Below, piece by piece: positions 53,430-64,000 of a DNA stretch of 64,000 nt; within the stretch, counting starts at the first letter, position 1; each line of letters opens with the position of its first letter. Source of the DNA: Eledone cirrhosa (Eukaryota); NCBI GenBank assembly GCA_964016885.1, contig OZ024743.1, forward strand, positions 168,888,001-168,952,000, in the 5' to 3' direction. The notes below the pieces were generated by a model. The model did not search any database. It saw nothing but the letters and a program-made list of their open reading frames with translations, and had not been told where the DNA came from. The translations under genes and the position numbers were made by a program.

Positions 53430-54054
53430 AGAAGAGCAAGAATGAAGGGTTCATTCTACTGACATGGCTATAAAATTGAAGCTTGTTTGTATAATTGCAA
53501 ACGAATCGAATGTTATTATTAATATTCGAAAAACTCAGATTACATTTATTATATATATACATATATATATAATTGTAAATCAGTAAAATTGAATCTCTGG
53601 CGGTTTGCAAGTAAATTCGGCCTACTTATATGAAATGATGAGTTAGCAAAGCACTCGATAAGATAGAGCCTTAGAGTAATAACATACGTTTAAATAGCTT
53701 GACAAATCGAACATTGTGGTAGGCGAATCTAACACACAATATATACCAAAGTAACGATAGAACTAATCAGGTTGAGAAAAGTATGTATATATATATATAT
53801 ATACATACACACAAATGGAATAATTGTCTTATGTTGTTTATTACATAATTAAATAGCTCTGTAGCATACATAGAGCACTCTCCTTTCCTTTACCCTTCCT
53901 ACGGAAATACTTCATATATATATATATATATGAAGTATTTCCGTAGGTTGTCCTTCCTGTTCCTATAACCATATACATCCCGAGCTGAAGATCCGCGAAG
54001 GTGAAACAATTGTTCTCGGTATGGTGAACTAACTGTTGTGTAACCACTTCTATA

Positions 54055-54715
54055 TCTATATATATAAAGCTGTGGTTGTCTGTCTGTCTATCGATTTTTG
54101 GCACACACCTCCTCTTAGAATCTCTGACAGAATTGCACCGAAATTGCTATACTTGTACATTGAGCCCTAGCGAAGACATCGGAAAAAAAATATTTCAAAT
54201 TGACCCACCCTATGTGACGAAATCGAATCTAATGTATCGATTTTTGAGCGTAAGTGACGAGTTATTTCCCTTTGTTCTGTTTACATTGAGCGTCTTACGT
54301 TCTGTTTACATTTTCTGCGTGCAAAAATTAAAAAAATTACGCTGGCTTTCTCAGCGTTTAAAATGACATTAACACAATACACGAACAGTTGTCGAGCCAG
54401 CAAAATTTTGACCGGCAAAATTCATCAGTTCGAACACTAAGCTTCCGTTTTGCTTCATTTCCATTTAAAAGCCTTTTAAAACAATATTTTTACTTGAAAA
54501 CAAGTCTATTTAAAGACTACGTAAAACAAGCAAATATTTCGTAAAAAAAAAGCAAAAATTATATAAGTTTATTTAAAATATATGTATCTGTAAATTTCGT
54601 TAGGCGTGCAGACAGACAGTCGTGCAGACAGACTTTAAGCCAAAAAAGAAACTTAACATTGTAACTTTAACACAGCTACTGAGCGACCCCGAGCAACGCC
54701 GGGCTTTACTGCTAG
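54055..54715 (+). mobile_element. Non-autonomous Helitron
   Basis: A|TCTATATATATAAAG start; CCCGAGCAACGCCGGG hairpin; CTAG|T end. Confidence 0.8.
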
Positions 54716-55334
54716 TATATATATAAAACTAAGACGGTGTGGTCAGATACCAGGTGGACCATAACGCACCAGAGTACTCACTGGTGGCTTAGTTAGGATC
54801 TAACTGTTGAAACGGGCGGAGCTCAGCCGTCGGGGTCCTGATCTTTTCCTATATATACATATGTGTGTGTTTTTGTGTGTGTGTGTATGTGTGTGTTTGT
54901 GAGCGTATGTGTGTATGTGTCTGTGTGTGTATGATTGTATATATATACAGATGTGCGTGCGTGTATGTTCTTATGTGTGTGGATGTGTATATGTGTGTAT
55001 GTAAGTGTATGTTGTGTGAGTATATATGTATATATATGTGTGGATGTATATCAAAAGTATATATTGAGTTAAAACTCACATTAGTCCCTTATAATTAAAA
55101 TAGCTCAACGATATAATATAATGAAGAGAGACAAACACAGATTTACACACACACATATGTGTGTGGGTTTGTTTGTTTGTTTTAAGCTCTAAATTATAAT
55201 CAATTTGGTGTGTTAACTAGGTTACCAATGTATACAGTGACTTTATCTGCCCTGGGTATCAGGAAGACACTCGGCTTATAACGGATACAATACTGAAGGA
55301 AAAGGAAAATCAATGACAATAATAATAATAATAA

Positions 55335-56012
55335 TAATAGTTTCATTTATTGGCCCCAAGGGCCGATATATAGGGGACAATACAAAAGACATGGACAGTG
55401 GGGGTGTACATATTAAACAATATAAATAACAATAAAAATACAAGGAAAATTCCCCAATAGGGGGGATAACCACCAAGGGTTCACTCGGGTACCACACGAA
55501 TCCTGAACGACCCAATGTTTCGAGAGCACCCACCTAAAGGCGCATGACCAAAGTAGGCCCACTCACACGGACCATTCTCGCCACATTCACCCACCTTTCA
55601 GCAAATGTACTGATGGGCAGTACTTCTTTCTCCACCCTCACCTTCCTTTCCAAGTGAAACTTGAAAAAGTTGATGAGGGATTGGCCGAAGAGAAAAGTAT
55701 CTGCCTTCAGTCCTTTCAACCTGGTCCACCATACAACCTCAAATTGCCTGCCCTTCCTGGCCAAAAGAAAGCGGCCGGTCGATCTTCACTATGGACTCGG
55801 CCGATAGCCGGATCCGTTCTACACGCGACAACAGCTATTCGACATAACTCCACAAGTTATGTCGAATGCAGGGACACAGGACGTGTGCCTGCAGAACGGT
55901 TTCGTCACTCTGCGCGCATCTCGGGCAGGTCCGTCTGACAGCACTTCCGTGCCTGAAGAGTTTATCTCGAACAGGCAGTCCCCCCCCCCCAGGTAACACT
56001 GCCAAGCGAGGG
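55335..56012 (-). mobile_element. Tx1-clade LINE 3' fragment D
   Basis: MARK..VVWWTRLKGLK..FFKFHLERKVRVE matches the ORF2 C-terminus of copy A. Same 3' UTR end and (ATT)n. Confidence 0.82.
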
Positions 56013-56234
56013 ATTTATATATATATATATACGTACATAGGCGTGTGTGTGTGTATATATTTATATATATATATATGTATACATATATGCGTTTATGTGT
56101 GAAATACAATTTTTGATATATTTGTGAATACATTAAGTTCTCGTTTTGATGGGGTTAAATAATTTTATAATAGATAAACTATATGTTGAGGCACACCATT
56201 TTTGTATTACATATCGCTATCAATTATCTTACAG

Positions 56235-56330
56235 GGCATACCTTTACATATCCAAGTAGACACCTATGAAGGTGAAGACAGATACCCGGTTCACAGAGGT
56301 TATTGCCAGGTGAAAATATTTTGCGACAAA
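56235..56330 (+). CDS. grh: grainyhead exon (GIPLHIQVDTYEGEDRYPVHRGYCQVKIFCDK)
   Basis: cttacag acceptor, gtatgt donor. Signature GxPLHxQxDT...HRGYCQxKxFCDK. Confidence 0.96.
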
Positions 56331-56854
56331 GTATGTATACAATATTCTACAAAATTAATTACCCGTGCACCTTTTATTATCAAAACAACTAACAATCACC
56401 ACGACCACCACCACCAACACCTCCACCACTACTTTTTCTCAATAATGGAGTCTTCCTATATTGATACTGCACTTGAAAGAATACTATTGGACACAAACCC
56501 ATCCCTCCTAAAATGAAATAAAATGAAAAGTTAAAAATAATAACACTGAACATACGAACTTTCCAATTACAGAAAATGAAAAAAAAATATTTTAATATAA
56601 GATCCTAGCAGAGATTGAAACCCTGCCTCCTCAGTATAGACTTCCACATGATGTATACAACAGTAACTAACGAAACATGATGTATACAACAGTAACTAAC
56701 GAAACAAACTAACATAACAGACAATTAGTTCGGCGAAAACAATTACATTCACTCAGTCACCCACAGTTTTATGAATGACCATAGAAACCCATGTACTCAC
56801 GTGGAAAATGAATATAAAAACAATCATGATGCAGATAATGATGCCGAAGATTAT

Positions 56855-56986
56855 AATAATTGTTTCTACTTTTGGCACAAGGCCAGTGCATTACTAGTAC
56901 TTTGAACTCAGAATGGCAAGGGCCGTAACTCTATGCGTCATAGCATAGTGTCCGACCTTCTACCAATACTGCCAACCCACCGCCCC
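56855..56986 (-). mobile_element. tRNA-derived SINE with internal deletion
   Basis: Head and tail present, core missing. Confidence 0.72.
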
Positions 56987-56994
56987 TCGAAGAT

Positions 56995-57200
56995 TATAAT
57001 AATGAGGAGAATAATGAGGATTATGATGATAATGATGATGATTATTATGATAACTTTGAGGATGATGATTATTATGATGTTAATGATAATGATGATTATG
57101 CTTATGATGATGATGATAATGATGATGAGGATTATAATGATAATGATGATGATGATGAAAATGATCATATTGAAGGTCGTAGCGATGATGGTAATCATGT
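56995..57200. repeat. Degenerate (ATG/ATA)n microsatellite
   Basis: Direct reading; source of the spurious Met/Ile-rich ORFs. Confidence 0.9.
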
Positions 57201-57814
57201 TCATGGGCTTGATGATTTATTTATGTTTTATATACAATTCCTACCTTTAAATAAATTCTGCATGCTTGTATCTCTGCAAGAAAATAATTTATTGTATTTA
57301 TCCTCTCATCTAATGAGTGACAGGAAGTTAGCGTACCGACGTGTATATCTTATGATATGTAATTTGAATAATTATGGATTTCATCAATTTGTATTTGATA
57401 AAAATATATACTATAGACATTACAGAATATGTTTCAATGTCTGCTTTCTTCAAATTTGTGTCGTTGGTCCAATCTAAGAAAAATGTCAGCAATAAATTTG
57501 TCAAAAGATATTTATTCGAGTAACGAAAAAATAAAAATAAAAAAAATTAAAAACTAGTAAGCTGTCGGCGAACAAAATCAAGCGACCTGATTTTTGAGTT
57601 ATTCCTTCGCTACTCGTTTTGAAAAAAACAACATCACTGTCATGTTTATCATTTCGTGTAAATATTAAGCATTGTACAACTGTAAAATGTTATTGGTGGA
57701 TATCACTGAAACACTAATTCGTGTCTAAGTATTTCCTTATTTCAGAATCTGCCGATGTCATTATACTTTTCATTACTTCGAGGTCAATAAAATAGTATCA
57801 GTATCATATGCATG

Positions 57815-58087
57815 GGGGCCTAATGATAAGGGTGTTTGGCCTTTGACCATAATGTCATAGGTTCGATTCCTGGGCTGAGTTCTGTGCTGTGTTCTTAGCG
57901 AATTTCACGAGCTTCCAGTACACTCAGCTGAAAATGTGTACCAGCAACAGCTGGTGGTTAACCCTGCAATCGACTGGCGTCCTGTCCAGGGGAAAGTCTT
58001 GTATTCTCAGTCGCTTAATGCCACGGAAATTGGGGTATGCACTGGCCTAATTAGCCTCACGGCTCGAAACAGACTTTAGACTTTTAG
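57815..58087 (+). mobile_element. tRNA-derived SINE of a second family
   Basis: Box A-like GGCCTAATGA, box B GGTTCGATTCC, tail ending (AGACTTT)2. Confidence 0.7.
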
Positions 58088-58320
58088 AATATAACGGCTA
58101 TGTCAGCACGCTTCAACATTAAATTATTTAAAATCCCTGTTTTTGTTGATACTATTCTAGTTTTTCATTATTTACAATTTCTCACTTTTTTAAGGCATGA
58201 ATTACATAGTATCCACGTTGAAAACACTGGAGCCAATGTAAAAAGGGATTTTAATGTATAAATGAAAGAATAACAAAATCAACATTTCTTCTAATGGAAA
58301 TTCGTCTTTCTTTTTCCCAG

Positions 58321-58417
58321 GGTGCTGAAAGGAAAACACGAGATGAGGAACGACGGAGGACTGCAAAAGTAAAGACAGAAAATTCCAATTCACCAGCTCA
58401 TTCCCCACCCCTAGAGG
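58321..58417 (+). CDS. grh: grainyhead exon (GAERKTRDEERRRTAKVKTENSNSPAHSPPLE-G)
   Basis: tttttcccag acceptor, gtgaga donor. GAERKTRDEERR motif closing the CP2 domain. Confidence 0.95.
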
Positions 58418-59132
58418 GTGAGAATGATTTGCTTGTCCCCTCTTTACTAGGTTTGAAAATTACTTCTTTACATTTTATAAAATATTTCTGTTTAAATAAG
58501 TTAAAACTTTGAAAATTAACTTTCGAGGCAAAGATATTTTAAATAGAAAATATATCCTTTATATTCTTGATGGAGATTCTCCAGAATTTAATAGTATGAG
58601 TGAGAAAGACATGGGATTAGGGGAAAAAATTCCGTCTTAGTATGGAAAAAGAAACATACTTTATTATAAATTATTTTAATGAAGTGTATTATGTAGATTA
58701 AGAAGTTAATTCTAGTTATATAGAAATGTTACCATTATTATAATTTAATATATCGTTGTGGGATTAAATGCAATCTGAGTAAAGCCATTTTACTTCACTT
58801 ATAACACTATAATACCTTTATACCTTTGTGACATTTATAAATATTGCAGCTTCCTATTGTGACGCAATTGAAGAAACATCAATATATCAATATGGGTTCG
58901 TTATGTTCAAGTATCTAGGTTTTTATTTATATGATTTTGTTTCAGATTTTGTTTTTCCTTTTTTGAAATCAAAACAAAATATGGTTTTTGAAGAAGATAT
59001 TTCATAACATTTGTCCCTGATTTAAAATTCGCTGCAAATTGAGTTCGAGGTAAACAAAATTAACCCTCGGGAAAATAAAGCAAAAACATTTACTGTAAAT
59101 AGTTCTCTACCTACCATCCTACCTACCTACTT

Positions 59133-59672
59133 ACATGATGGTTGCAACTTGATTTCAAGTAATGTCATCACTTGGTACTTAAACGTGAACATCACGGACG
59201 TGGCGTTTTAGTCTAGGGACTTGCCTATGGCTAGTACTACCATAGGTCACAAAAAATATCACATATCAAGAGATGGTTGTGCTTGAATCTTTTTTAAGTG
59301 AGGAAAGGCTTTGCACGGGGTAAATTCCACTCTCTGAACATCGAATGCATTTACCCAAAATGGAGAACTAGTCTACATCATTGGAACAAATGAAGTTGCA
59401 AGTTTTATATCAGAGTGACTAGATAGAGATGTCTTAATGAAGAAAAGGAGTCTCTCGCTCGACATACAAAAAGTACTTTATTGAATGGCCGTTGACTTTC
59501 CTTAGTTATTCCGCCCTTTGGCGGGTTTTGTTTTTCATCTGCAGGGTGTCCAAAATCAGTCACTTCCCCCCAGCAAGCTTGGTGATGTTACCGGTTTATT
59601 CGCCGACGAGACGATCATGCACAGGTTGTACTGAGTTACATCTTACCAGTAGCGCTGAAAAGTGACCTGACA

Positions 59673-59727
<55 letters not shown>

Positions 59728-60253
59728 TGGCTGCAAACTCTGCTAAGATTATTGCAATTGCTTGTCAGATTGCAGAAAATGGTGCACTTTTAGGCTACGG
59801 CCAGCCACACGAACCTGTAACATAACCTGAACAAGCAGTGCCTGTGCTTTGAAGGTTTTTTAAGAGGAGAAAGGCCTTGCACTTGACCAATCCCACTCTC
59901 TGAGCATCGAAAAGACTACCCGAAAAGAAGAACTGGTCAACATCATCGGATGCTTCCGAAGCCGCAGAGTTTTTTTTCAGCGTTTCCCACTCCTAGAAAG
60001 GTGTTGTGACAACAACTGGGAGCCGTTCACGCCCAGGTGAAAAACAAAATACTATTTGGATAGCCATTGACTCTGATGAGTTCCTCCGCCCTTTGCCAGG
60101 TCTTGTATTTCATCCCGCAAGGTGTCCAAATACCACCCTCCTCACCAAGCAAGCTTGGTGGTGTTGCCAGTTTAGTCGCCGCCGACCCGACTATGAGACA
60201 GATTGTATTGGGTTAGATCTTACCAGTAGCACACGAGAGGAGAGTGACCTGAC
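59133..60253 (-). mobile_element. Two head-to-tail copies of the same RTE-like short element (59133-59670 and 59725-60253)
   Basis: Both start GTCAGGTCAC..GCTACTGGTAAGAT on the - strand and end (A/G)AGTT(T)GCA(G/A)CCAT next to TG/TATG/TAGG repeats. Confidence 0.6.
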
Positions 60254-60596
60254 ATACATACATACATACATACATACATACATACATACATACATACATA
60301 CATACATACATACATACATACATACCTATTCTAGTGTAGTGTAGGCGGCTGAAGTATTCCAAAAGAATTTGTGTATTTTGACACAGTGTATGGCAAGAGC
60401 GATACTTTGAATTACAGATGCATTTCATCTGATTACCTTCTACACAATTTTCAACTCCTCAATATCACACATACGACCTGAGTCGACGAGAAGCTATGGT
60501 CGAAAGGAATTGCATATGATGCCTTGCATCTTGATCGAACCCTGTACTTTAACACATAAACATGTACATTGAGAGATTACACATGCATAGACATAT

Positions 60597-61126
60597 CCCA
60601 CCGAGGTTGACTTTGCCTTTCATCCTTACGGGGTCGATAAAATAAAGTACCAGTAATGCACTGGTTAATTGCTGGCCTTGTGCCTAAAGTAGAAACAATT
60701 ATATTATAATATATTATATTATATATTATAATTAGCAGAATCGATAGAGCGTCGGACCACACGCTTTGCGGCATATAGTTACATATAGATACATCCCTTT
60801 AAGTTCAAATCCCGCCGAGGTTAGCTCTGCCTTTCATCCATACGGGGTAGCTAAAATAAAGCACCAGTAATGCACTGGGGTCAATTTAAAATGTGCTTAA
60901 ATAAAAAATCATTATATTATATTTTATTGTATCCTGGCGGTGTATTGGCAGTGTCGGTAGAGAGTCGGACGCTATGCTTTGGCGCATAGAGTTACGGCCC
61001 TTGCCATTCTGAGTTCAAATCCCGCCAAGGTTAATTTTGCCTTTCATCCTTACGCGGTCGATAAAATAAAGTACCAGAAACACACTGGGTAATTGCTGGC
61101 CTTGTGCCAAAAGTAGAAACAATTAT
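60597..61126 (+). mobile_element. Cluster of three SINE copies just upstream of a grh exon
   Basis: Partial 60597-60700, variant about 60730-60885, full 60935-61126. Confidence 0.82.
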
Positions 61127-61218
61127 ATTTTATTGTATCCTGTTATATCATCTATTATAATATCGTATCATATATAATGTATATATATAATATATATGGT
61201 ATCATTTGTGTTTTTCAG

Positions 61219-61340
61219 GACGGAAACGATCAGAAGAGATTTACCATCAAACTTGTGAACGATCCGAATTTTACAGTATGCAAGATCTCACCACTGAACC
61301 TCAACTGTTTAACCCTTTAGGCGACATCGATGACTATCGG
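61219..61340 (+). CDS. grh: grainyhead exon (GRKRSEEIYHQTCERSEFYSMQDLTTEPQLFNPLGDIDDYR); gene continues past the window
   Basis: tttttcag acceptor, gtaagg donor, phase-compatible. Resembles the protostome Grh segment GRK..ExYH...RSEFYxMxD...PxLF. Confidence 0.9.
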
Positions 61341-62039
61341 GTAAGGAAGGTAAATTAACAGCAGAAGAGCAAAAAGTAAAATCATTAACGATCAGTGTCT
61401 AGCCAATTATGTGGGAAACAAAAACAACAAGAAAAATATTATGTAACCTTTGTTGACGAATAGTTTCTATACAATTATGACAGAAGCGAAAACAATACGG
61501 AAAATATTACTTTCATGCTTGCCTTTTGGAAAATTTAAAACTGGAATTTTGATCTAAAATTTACGAAACACTCTTACATTACTAATGAATTTCATTAATT
61601 TTGTATATGCCAACAGTTATAGTTCCTTCCCATTCAGTACATTAGGTGTGTTTGCTTCACTTCATTTATTACTTGCTCGATTGCCAATTCTGGTATCTCA
61701 AAATCTAACGAGCGCAGGATATACAATTTTGTTACTCAATGATTACTAACCAAAATACAACTTTATTGAAATTTTCTTTTTCATCATATTATTGAAATAT
61801 TAAATCAACTCCACAACTCTATTCAAATGAACATATTCGGTAAACTTTTGTACTCAGAGCAGGGAGTCCAGAGCGCTACCATTTTTGCGGATTCACTGTC
61901 TTCATTTGGAAATGAACATCAACAACAACAACAGCAATGATAATGGTTTCTGACTTAGGCACAAGGAAAGGAAAAGTCAATTATATCAACCCCAGTGTAA
62001 TAATACTAGTAATAATAATAATAATAAAAATAATAATAA

Positions 62040-62137
62040 TAATAATTGTTTCTACTTTAGGCACAAGACCAGCAATTACCCAGTACATTACTGGTACTTT
62101 ATTTTATCGACCCCGTAAGGATGAAAGGCAAAGTTAA
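62040..62137 (-). mobile_element. 5'-truncated SINE in (AAT)n
   Basis: Core and tail present; truncated at TTAAC. Confidence 0.8.
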
Positions 62138-62160
62138 ATAATAATAATAATAATAATAAT

Positions 62161-64000
62161 TGCAAGAGGAATTGCTAGAGGAGGCACTCTGGTCAGGCCA
62201 TGGATGGATAGATTACAAAAAGGCATTCGACATGGTATCTCATGAGATCTTCAGGGTGGCAGATAACATCAGACAGTTGTTGAGCAAAAGTATGAAGTCC
62301 TGGGAAACTGAGTTAACATCGGGTGGATAATCCTTGGGAGGCGTGAAAATCAAGAGAGGTATCTCTCACGGAGATAGTTTGTCCCCTATGCTGTTTTCCT
62401 TACCCTGATACCCCTGACCGTTATATTGCGAAAAGTGAGAGCAGGATACAAGTTGGGAAAAGGAGAGCTTACCATCAACCACATCCTCTTCATGTACGAT
62501 CTTAAACTCTTTGGGATGGGTGAGAAGGAGTTGGATGTGCTTGTTGACACTGTCCGTATTTTCAGCAAATATATATGGATGCAATTTGGTTTAATAAGTG
62601 TGGAGTCCAAGTGATGAAGAGGGGTAAATTGAGCAACGGAATCCAGGTACCAACAGGTGAGAGGAAAAAGGAGATTGACACTGAAGAAGCATACACATAT
62701 TAATGTGTTCTGGAGGCAGATGACATCAAGAACAAACAAATGAAGGAATTGATAAGATCTGAGTACATAAGGAGAGGAAGGAGCGTATTAAAATCATATC
62801 TAAACAGTAGGAATGCCATAAGTGCAGTAAATTCCCGAGCTGTGTCTATTATTAGGTACAGTGCGGGAATTCTGAGATGGAATGTTGCTGAACAAAAAGA
62901 AATGAATAGGAAGACTAGGAAGCTATTGACTATCTACAACATGATCCACAAGAGGAGTGATGTCGATAGACTCTACTTAAGGAGATCTGAAGGTGGAAGA
63001 GGTCTTATCAGCATAGAGGACTGTGTTCAGATGGAGAAAAACAACCTACCCAAATACGTGACTGATAGTAAGGAGCCAATGCTCAAAATTATACTGAAGG
63101 AGAAGACAATAGACCAGGGGATGTCCAAGGAGGAAATAACAACAAGGAGGAAGAGCAACCTTCACGAAAAATCCCTTCATAGCACCTTATTTAAGAAAAC
63201 GCAATTTAGAGATCCACAGACATGGAACTGGTTAAAAAGAGGAGACCTTAAAAAAGCTACAGAAGGATTGCTAATGACTGCGCAAGAGCAAGCCCTCAGA
63301 ACGAAGTGGGTGAAACACCATATTGACAAGGAGGAGGCTAGCTCACTGTGTAGGATCTGTAGAGAGAGTGGGGACTGTGGCTCACATTGTATCCGAGTGT
63401 AAACACCTAGCCCAGACTCACTATAAATGCTGGAGACATGATGTGATAGGCAGGGTGATCCACTGGCACCTATGCAAAGTAAACAATTTACCACATTCTG
63501 AGAAGTGGTATGAGCATAAGCCAGAGGCGGTGATAGAAAACGATCAGGTGAAGGTGCTATGGGATTTTAGGATACAGGCAGACAAGAAATTAGAACACAA
63601 TAGGCCTGGCCTGGTGGTTTTGGACAAGGAAAAACGATCGTGCCTGATTGTAGATGCAGCCTACCCATTTGACACGAGAGTGCAAGAAAAGGAGAGGGAG
63701 AAAATTAACCGATACCAGGACTTAAAGAGGGAGTTAAAAGGGATTTGGAACTGCCATGAAATCAAGGTGGTCTCGATGTCATAGGCGCATTAGGTATTAT
63801 CTCAAAGAGTTTCTAAGAATGGTTAAAGAGGATTAGTCCTGTCCCGTTTTGGAACACTTCAAAAGGCATGCTTGCTGGGAACAGCAAGAACCCTCCGATA
63901 TCTGAGGCTGCAGGTAGCGGCTTGATATTCATTTCAACAAACTTTCCAGTTAAATAACATCAATGACTGAGACTCAAGGAACAATAATAATAATAATAAT
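62161..64000 (+). mobile_element. R4/Dong-like LINE, 5'-truncated, with (AAT)n on both sides
   Basis: WIDYKKAFD, GDSLSP, HILFMYDLK, GGRGL, CRIC, HNRPG motifs. Confidence 0.9.

Noticed and set aside
54380-54440. Isolated CTGATGA words (also near 37805, 42465 and 60073)
   Set aside because: No properly placed stem II, GAAA and stem I.
56202-56516. ORF-track boundaries for grainyhead pieces (also 33600, 40150 and 58294)
   Set aside because: These ORFs read through intron sequence; the true exons are defined by splice sites.
56933-57250. Met/Ile-rich ORFs
   Set aside because: Degenerate (ATG)n microsatellite next to a SINE.

Overview
Eukaryotic, AT- and microsatellite-rich animal genomic DNA. 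The repeat families resemble, from memory, those of octopus/cephalopods; this is not verified. The window lies inside one + strand host gene, a grainyhead (grh/GRHL, CP2 DNA-binding domain) transcription factor. I traced nine GT-AG exons with compatible phases between 13964 and 61340; the ORF track mostly misses them. The introns are filled with decayed mobile elements: R4/Dong-like RLE LINEs, Tx1-clade LINEs, CR1 and RTE fragments, a mariner/maT remnant, a broken RepHel Helitron, four small Helitrons and several tRNA-derived SINE families. The most notable unannotated signal is a set of type I hammerhead ribozyme folds (40.8, 41.2/41.4, 41.9, 43.7, 52.9 and 53.3 kb) inside palindromic or partial-tandem elements that sit in (TA)n tracts, resembling Penelope pLTRs or retrozymes. 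Also notable: a 3' stem-loop and (ATT)n tail shared by the dominant SINE and the Tx1 LINEs, and a Helitron inserted at the predicted branch point of a grh exon. All folds and boundaries were read by eye; no searches were run.
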